A stretch of 64,000 nucleotides of DNA from Macrostomum lignano. Its lineage: Eukaryota. The notes under the pieces are model-generated. The model saw only the letters and a list, made by a program, of their open reading frames with translations. It was not told the origin of the DNA and searched no databases. Shown here one piece after another: positions 14,401 through 24,546 of this stretch (within the stretch, counting starts at the first letter, position 1; each line of letters starts with the position of its first letter). The DNA lies in the NCBI GenBank assembly GCA_002269645.1, contig NIVC01000280.1, forward strand, positions 434,001 to 498,000, given 5' to 3'. The translations under genes were made by a program, and so were the position numbers.

Positions 14401-17400
14401 GGGGGCGCCAAGTTCAGGTACTAGGGGGCGCCAAGTTCAGGTACTAGGGGGCGCCAAGTTCAGGTACTAGGGGGCGCCAAGTTCAGGTACTAGGGCAGAG
14501 CATTCATTAGTCTGGTCTTTAAAAGTTAGAAAAGTACGCATTCAGGCTTTATAGATTGTGCTGCGCAGTATTTTATCTTAGAAGCATCATTCAAATAAGT
14601 TGGCACAATGCCCACCCAGTTCCAGGATGCGGAGGTGCAGTCAGTTTAAAGTAAAAAATGGGATATTAATTCTGTCCCTGAACGCGGACAGCGGAGGTCC
14701 CGGCAGTGCCGGACACAGGGGGGGGGGGGGGGTTAAAAAGAGATCGGCAAAGATTTGAGTTTCAAAATCAGGAAATTGAATGGACTAAAAGAGCCAGGAG
14801 GCATTGTGCCGTGTAGAGGGATCTGGATGCTCCGCTTCCTGCTGTCGTGGGGTTGGGCCATTGCTGCTCAGGCTCGCTTCTTCTGGTGTGGCGTTGCAAA
14901 AAAAGTTTTTTTTTAAACCGGAAGAGAGCCGAGGACAAGCAATGTCGGTGGGACCAGACGCTGGGTAAGAATATCTTGTGCGAGATTTTCCGTTTCAGAT
15001 ATTCTTTTTAATATTTTAGTTATTATATTTCACAATCCGCATTCGACTCGTGCATGCCAAGGGGCGCCACTTTGGTATCGGGGGCGCCACTTTGGTATCT
15101 GGGGCGCCACTTTGGCATCTGGGGCGCCACTTTGGTATCTGGGGCGCTACTTTGGTATCTGGGGCGCCACTTTGGTATCTGGGGCGCCACTTTGGTATCT
15201 GGGGCGCCACTTTAGAACTAGGTTGCCACTTTGGTATCTGGGGCGCCACTTTGGTATCTGGGGCGCCACTTTGGTATCTGGGGCGCCACTTTGGTATCTG
15301 GGGCGCCACTTTGGTATCTGGGGCGCCACTTTGGTATCTGGGGCGCCACTTTAGAACTAGGTTGCCACTTTGGCATCTGGGGCGCTACTTTAGAACTAGG
15401 TTGCCACTTTGGTATCTGGGGCGCCACTTTGGTATCTGGGGCGCCACTTTGGTATCTGGGGCGCCACTTTGGTATCTGGGGCGCCACTTTGGTATCTGGG
15501 GCGCCACTTTAGAACTAGGTTGCCACTTTGGTATCTGGGGCGCCACTTTGGTATCTGGGGCGCTACTTTGGTATCTGGGGCGCCACTTTGGTATCTGGGG
15601 CGCCACTTTGGTATCTGGGGCGCCACTTTAGAACTAGGTTGCCACTTTGGTATCTGGGGCGCCACTTTAGAACTAGGTTGCCACTTTGGTATCTGGGGCG
15701 CCACTTTGGTATCTGGGGCGCCACTTTGGTATCTGGGGCGCCACTTTGGTATCTGGGGCGCCACTTTGGTATCTGGGGCGCCACTTTGGTATCTGGGGCG
15801 CCACTTTAGAACTAGGTTGCCACTTTGGCATCTGGGGCGCTACTTTAGAACTAGGTTGCCACTTTGGTATCTGGGGCGCCACTTTGGTATCTGGGGCGCC
15901 ACTTTGGTATCTGGGGCGCCACTTTGGTATCTGGGGCGCCACTTTAGAACTAGGTTGCCACTTTGGTATCTGGGGCGCCACTTTGGTATCTGGGGCGCCA
16001 CTTTGGTATCTGGGGCGCCACTTTGGTATCTGGGGCGCCACTTTGGTATCTGGGGCGCCACTTTAGAACTAGGTTGCCACTTTGGTATCTGGGGCGCCAC
16101 TTTAGAACTAGGTTGCCACTTTGGTATCTGGGGCGCCACTTTGGTATCTGGGGCGCCACTTTGGTATCTGGGGCGCCACTTTAGAACTAGGTTGCCACTT
16201 TGGCATCTGGGGCGCTACTTTAGAACTAGGTTGCCACTTTGGTATCTGGGGCGCCACTTTGGTATCTGGGGCGCCACTTTGGTATCTGGGGCGCCACTTT
16301 GGTATCTGGGGCGCCACTTTGGTATCTGGGGCGCCACTTTAGAACTAGGTTGCCACTTTGGTATCTGGGGCGCCACTTTGGTATCTGGGGCGCCACTTTG
16401 GTATCTGGGGCGCCACTTTGGTATCTGTGGCGCCACTTTGGTATCTGGGGCGCCACTTTGGTATCTGGGGCGCTACTTTGGTATCTGGGGCGCCACTTTG
16501 GTATCTAGGCGCCACTTTGGTATCTGGGGCGCCACTTTGGTATCTGGGGCGCCACTTTGGTATCAGTGGCGCGACTTTGGTATCTAGGCGCCACTTTGGT
16601 ATCTGGGGCGCCACTTTGGTATCTGGGGCGCCACTTTGGCATCTGGGGCGCCACTTTGGTAACGGGAGCGCAATAAAAACAATTCGTACTTTTCGATAAG
16701 AACTTTAAATAAACAGCGTCACAACGTCACAGGCTGTCACGTGACCTACCTGCAGTGCACGATGATTGGTGCGCATTTGCCGCGCACCCAGTCGTTGACT
16801 TTGCGTCGAATTTCGATCACCGTGGTTGGCAGCGGCGTGTCGAAGTGGCTCCAGTTCTTGAACTGGAACTGCCGGACCAGCCGCGTCTCGCAGCCGGCCT
16901 GGCGAGGCGGAGGTGAAGACATGCACCGATCTATGCACCGATCTATGCACTGATCTATGCACTGATCTATGCACTGATCTATGCACTGATCTATGCACTG
17001 ATCTATGCACTGATCTATGCACTGATCTATACACTGATCTATGCACTGATCTATGCTCTGATCTATGCTCTGATCTATGCTCTGATCTATGCACTGATCT
17101 ATGCACTGATCTATACACTGATCTATGCACTGATCTATACACTGATCTATGCACTGATCTATGCTCTGATCGCCGCACTGATCTATGCACTGATCTATGC
17201 ACTAATCTATGCACTCATATAGACAAAGCCACTAACCTTTTTAACCTTGAACAGCCGGCTCTCGTACTCGGCAGTTGAGTACAGGTCGTCAAGCCACACG
17301 TCAATGTCGCCAAACCTGGCATAGACATTGTGCCAGTACTTGTCGCACTGTTGCTAGAAGTTTGGACCAGCAAAATTTCTGAATTAGTTTGGAGTAGCTA

Positions 17401-20400
17401 ATCCGGTATAAGGGGATTAAGCCAGGGAGGCTTAAGACTCTTGACTCACCCTGGCGTGCTCAAACAGATTCGTAGTCATGACGATGCAGCAGCAGCGGTA
17501 CTGCCACACCATTCGCCAGAAGTCATTTTTAGTAGCCGCCAGGGGGCCCTGGGCGGCAATGAACTTCTTGGGCTGGTTGTAGCCCTGCCGATAATTTGGG
17601 GATTAAGAGATCGTAAACTATCGGATGCTCGTGATAAAAAATTAAGCAGAAGCCATTAAAACTTTTTCTCACATCAATCCAGCTGGCGTTCATGTAGCCG
17701 CCGCCCTCAGCCACGTCGGGCTCGCCCAGACCCGGCTCCAGACGGACTATGTTGCGTTCGTCTGGGGAGAGGGGAGATCGGTGAATGAGGTTTAGTCGGT
17801 GAATGGGGATAAGGGAAATTGGTGAATGACGTTTAGTTGGTGAATAGAATCTGGGAGATCCGTGAATGAGGTGGAGTTGGTGAATGGAATCTGGGAGATC
17901 CGTGAATGAGGTTTAGTTGGTGAATGGGAAACCGAAGCTTGGTGAATGAGGTTTAGTTGGTGAATGGAAAGTCGGGGAGATCGGTGAATGAGGAGCGGTT
18001 GGTGAATGGGGAGTCGGGGAGATCGGTGAATGAGGAGCGGTTGGTGAATGGGAGTCGGGGAGATCGGTGAATGAGGAGCGGTTGGTGAATGGGAGTCGGG
18101 GAGATCGGTGAATGAGGAGCGGTTGGTGAATGGGGAGTCGGGGAGATCGGTGAATGAGGAGCGGTTGGTGAATGGGGAGTCGGGGAGATCGGTGAATGAG
18201 GAGCGGTTGGTGAATGGGGAGTCGGGGAGATCGGTGAATGAGGAGCGGTTGGTGAATGGGGAGTCGGGGAGATCGGTGAATGAGGAGCGGTTGGTGAATG
18301 GGGAGTCGGGGAGATCGGTGAATGGAGATCGGAAGATGACATGAATGAGGGCACCGATCCCAATTAATCTTTACGAATGCAACCTGTTGGTGCGGCACTC
18401 ACACGGCAGGACTCGTTCACTGAGGTTTTTCTCTTTATTGCACGGCAGCTTGGCGGCCTCAGCAACCTTGTGCTGACCTTCGCTTCTGATGCTGGCCTGC
18501 GGGTTCGGGGATTCAGGGATGGCGTTTTGATAGAGGTGTGTTTGCGGGCCCTGAGGAGCTGAGGTGGCGGGCCCTGAGGAGCTGAGGTGGCAGACCCTGA
18601 GGAGCTGAGGAGGCAGACCCTGAGGAGCTGAGGTGGCAGACCCTGAGGAGCTGAGGTGGCAGACCCTGAGGAGCTGAGGTGGCAGACCCTGAGGAGCTGA
18701 GTTGGCAGACCCTGGGGAGCTGAGGTGGCAGACCCTGGGGAGCTGAGGTGGCAAACTTTGAGAAGTTTGCTTTGTGGCCCCTGGGGATTTCAATTATTGA
18801 CGAGTCTTTCTCGATTAAATTTCATTTTTGATTTCCTCACCGACTGCTTCTCGCCCACAGAGATTTGCTCGATAGCCTGAAAAGGACAGTTGAGATCGAT
18901 AAGCTCATTTTTCATAATCTCATTAATCCAGCGAAATCCGATACGCCTAAAGAAACGTTGAACTTATTGAACTCTTCAGACTGTGTGGAGCTTTACTAAA
19001 TAATGGAATCAGCTTCAGAAAATTGGCAGCAGCCCTGAGTCTGCCTGAGTCTGTGCTCAAAACTCAGCTTGCCAGCTTTGCGCAGAAACAGGAAAAAAAG
19101 CAATTGTGGCAGCTGCCACTGAAGACGCGTGAGAGAGCGATGATACAGACCCAAGCCATGATGGGAGCCCTGGTGCCAATCGATAAATGCTTTGAGCCGG
19201 CGGCTTGTGGAGCCAGTTGTTCTCTCTACCCTGTCAGGCAAGCAGAGATTAATTTTTCATCAAAGTAGAAATTTCCTGCTTGGAGACAGAGCAGCGCCTC
19301 AAGTCAAGCCGCCTCACTCTGGCAAACTGCCGCAGGATGTCGTAGAGAGGAGGCAGGCGACTTTCGTAAAATGCGTGAAGAATATTCGAGGTTGAATCTC
19401 AGATTGAATGAATTGGCCATTGACTGACTGCATACTGTGGAGTCCCTACTACACGAGTGTCTTCCCGCGATAATACCCTGAGGTACGCGTCTGCAGTGCA
19501 TGTCCGTGTCTGCATGTCCATGTCTGCATGGCCATGTCTGCATGTCCGTGTCTGAATGTCTGTATCTGCATGTCCGTGTCTGCATGTCTGTGTCTGCATG
19601 TCCGTGTCTGAATGTCTGTATCTGCATGTCCGTGTCTGCATGTCTGTGTCTGCATGTCCGTGTCTGCATGTCTGTATCTGCATGTCCGTGTCTGAATGTC
19701 TGTATCTGCATGTCCGTGTCTGCATGTCTGTATCTGCATGTCCGTGTCTGCATGTCTGTGCCTGCAGTGCGTATCCATGTCTGCATGTCCGTATCTGCAT
19801 GTCCGTGTCTGCATGTCCGTGTCTGCATGTCCGTGTCTGCATGTCCATGTCTGCATGTCCGTGTCTGCATGTTCGTGTCTGCAGTGCATGTCCGTGTCTG
19901 CATGTCCATGTCTGCATGTCCGTGTCTGCATGTCCGTGTCTACATGTCCGTGTCTGCATGTCCGTGTCTGCATGTCCGTGTCTGCATGTCCGTGTCTGCA
20001 TGTCCGTGTCTGCAGTGCGTGTCCGTGTCTGCATGTCCGTGTCTGCAGTGCGTGTCCGTGTCTGCATGTCCGTGTCTGCAGTGCGTGTCCGTGTCTGCAT
20101 GTCCGTGTCTGCAGTGCGTGTCCGTGTCTGCATGTTCGTGTCTGCAGTGCATGTCCGTGTCTGCATGTCCATGTCTGCATGTCCGTGTCTGCATGTCCGT
20201 GTCTGCATGTCCGTGTCTGCATGTCCGTGTCTGCATGTCCGTGTCTGCATGTCCGTGTCTGCATGTCCGTGTCTGCATATCCGTGTCTGCATGTCCGTGT
20301 CTGCATGTCCGTGTCTGCATGTCCGTGTCTGCATGTCCGTGTCTGCATGTCCGTGTCTGCATGTCCGTGTCTGCAGTGCGTGTCCGTGTCTGCATGTCCG

Positions 20401-23263
20401 TGTCTGCATTTCCGTGTCTGCATGTCCGTGTCTGCATGTTCGTGTCTGCAGTGCATGTCCGTGTCTGCAGTGCGTGTCCGTGTCTGCATGTTCGTGTCTG
20501 CAGTGCGTGTCCATGTCTGCAGTGCGTGTCCATGTCTGGAGTGCGTGTCCATGTCTGCAGTGCATGTCCATGTCTGCAGTGCATGTCCATGTCTGCAGTG
20601 CATGTCCGTGTCTGCAGTGCATGTCCATGTCAGCAGTGCATGTCCGTGTCTGCAGTGCATGTACTCATACTGCAGCTCCACAACCAGCCGCTACTCACCT
20701 TGTACTCATACTGCAGCTCCTTGTTCCGGGTCCTGCGCCGGTGCTCCTTCACGAAGGCGGCAGCTTCGATGGGGTCCTGGCTGACTCGGTTCAGCCTGCG
20801 CTCCTCTTCCACTAAAATTTTGCGCTCGTGAATGAGACTGCAGACCTTCCACAGGAACATGGCCGCTGGCTCAGACAAGGGGGCTGGAAACTGACAAAGA
20901 CTCGGCAGGGGGGATGCGACCGGCCAACTCCATTTGATGGGTCTCAAATTGCTGAAGTCAAGCTTTCTCAGCTGCCTTCTTTTTAAAACAAAAGTCCTGA
21001 CTTCGTAGGCGGCGGCAAGGTTGGGGGGCTGCTGGAGGAGATGGAGAGCGGAGGCTGGGGACACAATAGCCGGGGGAGATGATGGGGTGCCCAGAAACAA
21101 CAAACAAATGTTTAGCGAGAGGGAAGAAGCGATGGAGCAACAGAGCAGCTCAGCGGATCTGGGGCGCAGCGTCAGCTCTGGCCCTTGATTAAATAAGTGC
21201 AGCACTAAAACGCGCACACGCCACTTGGGCAAGCCGTTCTGTGCTGCGCAATCTTGAGTCTATGGGGGGTCAGTGTTGGGTCACTGTGAAGTGACTAGCT
21301 CCGTTCCTGTGCCTCTCTCTCTCTCTCTCTCTCTCTGACGAGATGGAATGCGCTCACCTCCAGATGGGTGGGGGTGCTCCACCAGTTCTCAATCCCTACT
21401 CTCTGTCCCGCTCTCCTCCTTTTTAATGGGGGGGGGGATTCAATGGCAGCAGCCTTTCTGGCTGGTGGGCAGCGGGGGTGGGGCGAGGGGAGACTGAGCA
21501 GTGAGGGATAGAGAGGCGCAGGCGATGCAGCTGGGAGTCTGGGAGATGGCGTTGCAGCTTAGGTATTGGTCTAGACTGGTCCCAGTGATGAGCAGCGGCT
21601 CAGGCTGCTACTCATGCTCTACTGTATCTGCTCCATTGTTGCCGGCGCTCCTTTGTCTCTCGCGATTCCAGCATCTCTGCTGCACTGCTGAAGCCAGGCT
21701 GCTTGCAGCAAAACAAAAGACGCAGCTGCAGAGCATGCGAGCTACACTAAGAAGCGCCATGCAGGGTAAAGTTCTGGCTGGGACTGAGGCAGTGAAAATG
21801 GAGGTGCTCAAATTCTTGCCTTTTTTGTCGATTGACCTGAACAGCTGCTGACAAAGCGTGAAATTCTCGCTAGAAACCAAACTCTTTGAGCCCAAGGAAT
21901 ATCACATTTTTCCGATCAAAAAGCAAGCAGGCAGCAAAAGAGACGCGCCTTGAACTCACTCAGCTCCCGTTTCTGGCTTTGCAATTGTCTGCGAGATCTG
22001 GAAATCAGAGAGGAGCGGGGGAAGAATTACTGCAGAGTTGCTTGAGCGCTTTTTCTGTGATCGCTTTTTCGATCAGGCAAAGCCCCGCTCTGGGCGCCGG
22101 GTTGCCGGAAACGCTGCCAGCTAAGGGGGGTTGCAGTCGATACGCTTCGATACTGTTGAAACATTCTGCACTGGACCTCGAAAACAGACACTACAATAGC
22201 AGCAGACAAGAGCTGCACTGCATGAGTGGTGCTCACCTCAAATGCTTGAGAGTCGCAATTCCCAGCGCGAGCATCAGGGTGGACACGCAGCACATCCAGG
22301 TGAGGGCTGCCTCGTAATTCTTGGCAGATTCAATCGCCCTGAGCTGCTGCCGAGATGCGTCTGGCAGCGGGAGTGACGAATAACCACGTAGGAATGCGGC
22401 ATTTGCTACTGTTAGTAGGGCCTACTGTGGATCTTGGCGATCTACACGTTTTACCTTCAGCATTCTCAATACGTTTATGCTGCAACTGATTCTGTGACTC
22501 GGGGTCTCAGTAGTGCGTGCGACTCTACATCTGGAGTATTGCTTGCCATGGTGGTCGAGCACTCTTGTGTCTGTCATGTTGGTCCAGCACTCTTGTGTCT
22601 GTCATGGTAGTCCAGCACTCTTGTGTCTGTCATGGTGGTCCAGCACTCTTGTGTCTGTCATGGTAGTCCAGCACTCTTGTGTCTGCCATGGTGGTCCAGC
22701 ACTCTTGTGTCTGTCATGGTGGTCCAGCACTCTTGTGTCTGTCATGGTGGTCCAGCACTCTTGTGTCTGTCATGGTAGTCCAGCACTCTTGTGTCTGCCA
22801 TGGTGGTCCAGCACTCTTGTGTCTGTCATGGTGGTCCAGCACTCTTGTGTCTGTCATGGTGGTCCAGCACTCTTGTGTCTGTCATGGTAGTCCAGCACTC
22901 TTGTGTCTGCCATGGTGGTCCAGCACTCTTCTCTTGTGTCTGTCATGGTGGTCCAGCACTCTTGTGTCTGTCATGGTGGTCCAGCACTCTTGTGTCTGTC
23001 ATGGTAGTCCAGCACTCTTGTGTCTGTCATGGTGGTCCAGCACTCTTGTGTCTGCCATGGTGGTCCAGCACTCTTGTGTCTGTCATGGTGGTCCAGCACT
23101 CTTGTGTCTGTCATGTTGGTCCAGCACTCTTGTGTCTGTCATGGTGGTCCAGCACTCTTGTGTCTGTCATGTTGGTCCAGCACTCTTGTGTCTGGCATGT
23201 TCAGTCCCACACAGAATCGCTCACTTACAAAAACTTACACAGGCTGTCATTAGTTGCAAGCAT
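8482..23263 (-). CDS. Receptor-type protein tyrosine phosphatase-like protein (short ectodomain, TM, tandem D1/D2 PTP domains), 14 exons, about 737 aa
   Basis: Exons 23263-23239, 22360-22237 (TM AALTWMCCVSTLMLALGIATL), 20837-20699 (wedge PIEAAAFVKEH..ELQYEY), 18496-18403, 17761-17673 (YMNASWID), 17584-17450 (FIAAQGP..DFWRMVW), 17353-17237 (CDKYW), 16898-16750 (PIIVHCS), 14177-13786 (DGAGRTG..QYRFVY), 12642-12566 (DFINAVYVD), 12418-12155 (YIVTQWP..DFWKLI), 9463-9270, 9185-9050, 8760-8482. All introns GT-AG with matching phases, total 2214 nt. The first exon and the exon-4 acceptor are less certain than the PTP exons. Confidence 0.88.
9508..10292. repeat. Two blocks (about 9508-9662 and 10112-10292) of a 16-bp repeat GTGACATTGTGATCGA in a PTP intron
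   Basis: The same unit occurs in both blocks, separated by about 450 bp of unique sequence. Confidence 0.88.
14267..14493. repeat. 23-bp minisatellite (TACTAGGGGGCGCCAAGTTCAGG)
   Basis: About 10 copies, direct inspection. Confidence 0.92.
15060..16658. repeat. 20-bp minisatellite (GGGGCGCCACTTTGGTATCT) with interspersed TTAGAACTAGGTTGCCAC variant units
   Basis: 1.6-kb array in the PTP intron between exons 8 and 9; source of the many spurious ORFs at 15016-16699. Confidence 0.97.
16920..17215. repeat. 12-bp minisatellite (ATCTATGCACTG)
   Basis: Fills the PTP intron 16899-17236. Confidence 0.95.
17785..18325. repeat. 42-bp G-rich minisatellite (GGTGAATGAGGAGCGGTTGGTGAATGGGGAGTCGGGGAGATC)
   Basis: 14-aa periodic ORF; fills a PTP intron. 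Confidence 0.93.
18551..18752. repeat. 23-bp minisatellite (CCCTGAGGAGCTGAGGTGGCAGA)
   Basis: About 9 copies just upstream of PTP exon 4. Confidence 0.92.
19490..20660. repeat. 14-bp minisatellite (CATGTCCGTGTCTG) with CTGCAGTG variants
   Basis: 1.2-kb array in PTP intron 3; source of the His/Cys-rich spurious ORFs. Confidence 0.96.
22545..23195. repeat. 28-bp minisatellite (GTCCAGCACTCTTGTGTCTGTCATGGTG)
   Basis: Fills PTP intron 1. Confidence 0.95.
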
Positions 23264-23789
23264 CGTCGTGACTTCTCAGCTCACTGAGTCCGATTCAGGC
23301 TTCAGTTCTTTTTAGCTATTCTTTTCTAACTAAAAAATATTTACTTAAATAAATTAGCTTGTCTGGTGGGTTCAGTAATAAACTTGCACATTGAATCTGT
23401 ACATATCATCTCGCACCACTCACATCTCGCCTAGCGATTGCGCAACACTCAGAAGCCCACTCAACTTGTTGGAAATATAACTTTTTCGCAATCAACTTCG
23501 GAATTGTCTAGCAAACCACCTGCCTACTACTGCAATTGGGCGGAATAGATAAGTTTGATTGAATAAAACAGAAAGCGCCTCAGGTCATGACTGAAAGTTT
23601 TTGCATTTAGCTAGCTGTCAATCCAGCTCTACATGTGCAATGCGCATGTATTTCAACTGTATTTACAACGCATTGTAAAAGTATCATGCCGTTAATACTA
23701 AAATCATTTGAAACAGAAAACTGTACAAGCCACTTGGACGCAAATATAACAACATTCGATCACTAATTCCTTATGGAGCCCTTCCCCAA

Positions 23790-24392
23790 TGCTTCCTAAT
23801 GAAACCCTTCCCAATGGAACCCTTCCCCAATGGAACCCTTCCCCAATGGAACCCTTCCCAATGAAACACTTCCCAATGGAACCCTTCCCAATGAAACACT
23901 TCCCAATGAAACCCTTCCAATGGAACCCTTCCCAATGGAACCTTTCCCCAACCCTTCCAATAGAACCCTTCCCAATGGAACCCTTCCCAAAGGAACCCTT
24001 CCCAATGAAACCCTTCCCAATGGAACCCTTCCCAATGGAACCTTTCCCCAATAACCCTTCCAATGGAACCCTTCCCAATGGAACCCTTCCCAAAGGAACC
24101 CTTCCCAATGAAACCCTTCCCAATGGAACCCTTCCCAATGGAACCTTTCCCCAATAACCCTTCCAATGGAACCCTTCCCAATGGAACCCTTCCCAAAGGA
24201 ACCCTTCCCAATGGAACCCTTCCCAATGGAACCCTTCCCAATGGAACCCTTCCCAAAGGAACCCTTCCCAATGAAACCCTTCCCAATGGAACCCTTCCCA
24301 ATGAAACCTTTCCCAATGAAACCCTTCCCAATGAAACCCTTCCCAATGAAACCCTTCCCAATGAAACCCTTCCCGATGGACCCCTTTCCAAC
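23790..24392. repeat. 15-bp minisatellite (AATGGAACCCTTCCC), intergenic
   Basis: 5-aa periodic ORFs (MEPFP). Confidence 0.95.
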
Positions 24393-24546
24393 AGAACCGT
24401 AACTCTTACAATGGGAACTTTCAAAACAAATTTTAATTGCTGCAACCTGACTGGAAAGAATTCCAACTGAAAAGAATGGAAAGAAAATTTTAATTGCTAG
24501 ACCTGAAAAAGACGTACAACATTTGCTACCATGCATCAGTAGCATG

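Noticed and set aside
15016-16699. Many overlapping ORFs (WYLGRHFG.., PQIPKWRP..)
   Set aside because: Artefacts of the 20-bp minisatellite.
19304-20831. Long His/Cys-rich ORFs resembling metal-binding proteins
   Set aside because: All frames on both strands are open because of a 14-bp stop-free repeat inside an RPTP intron.
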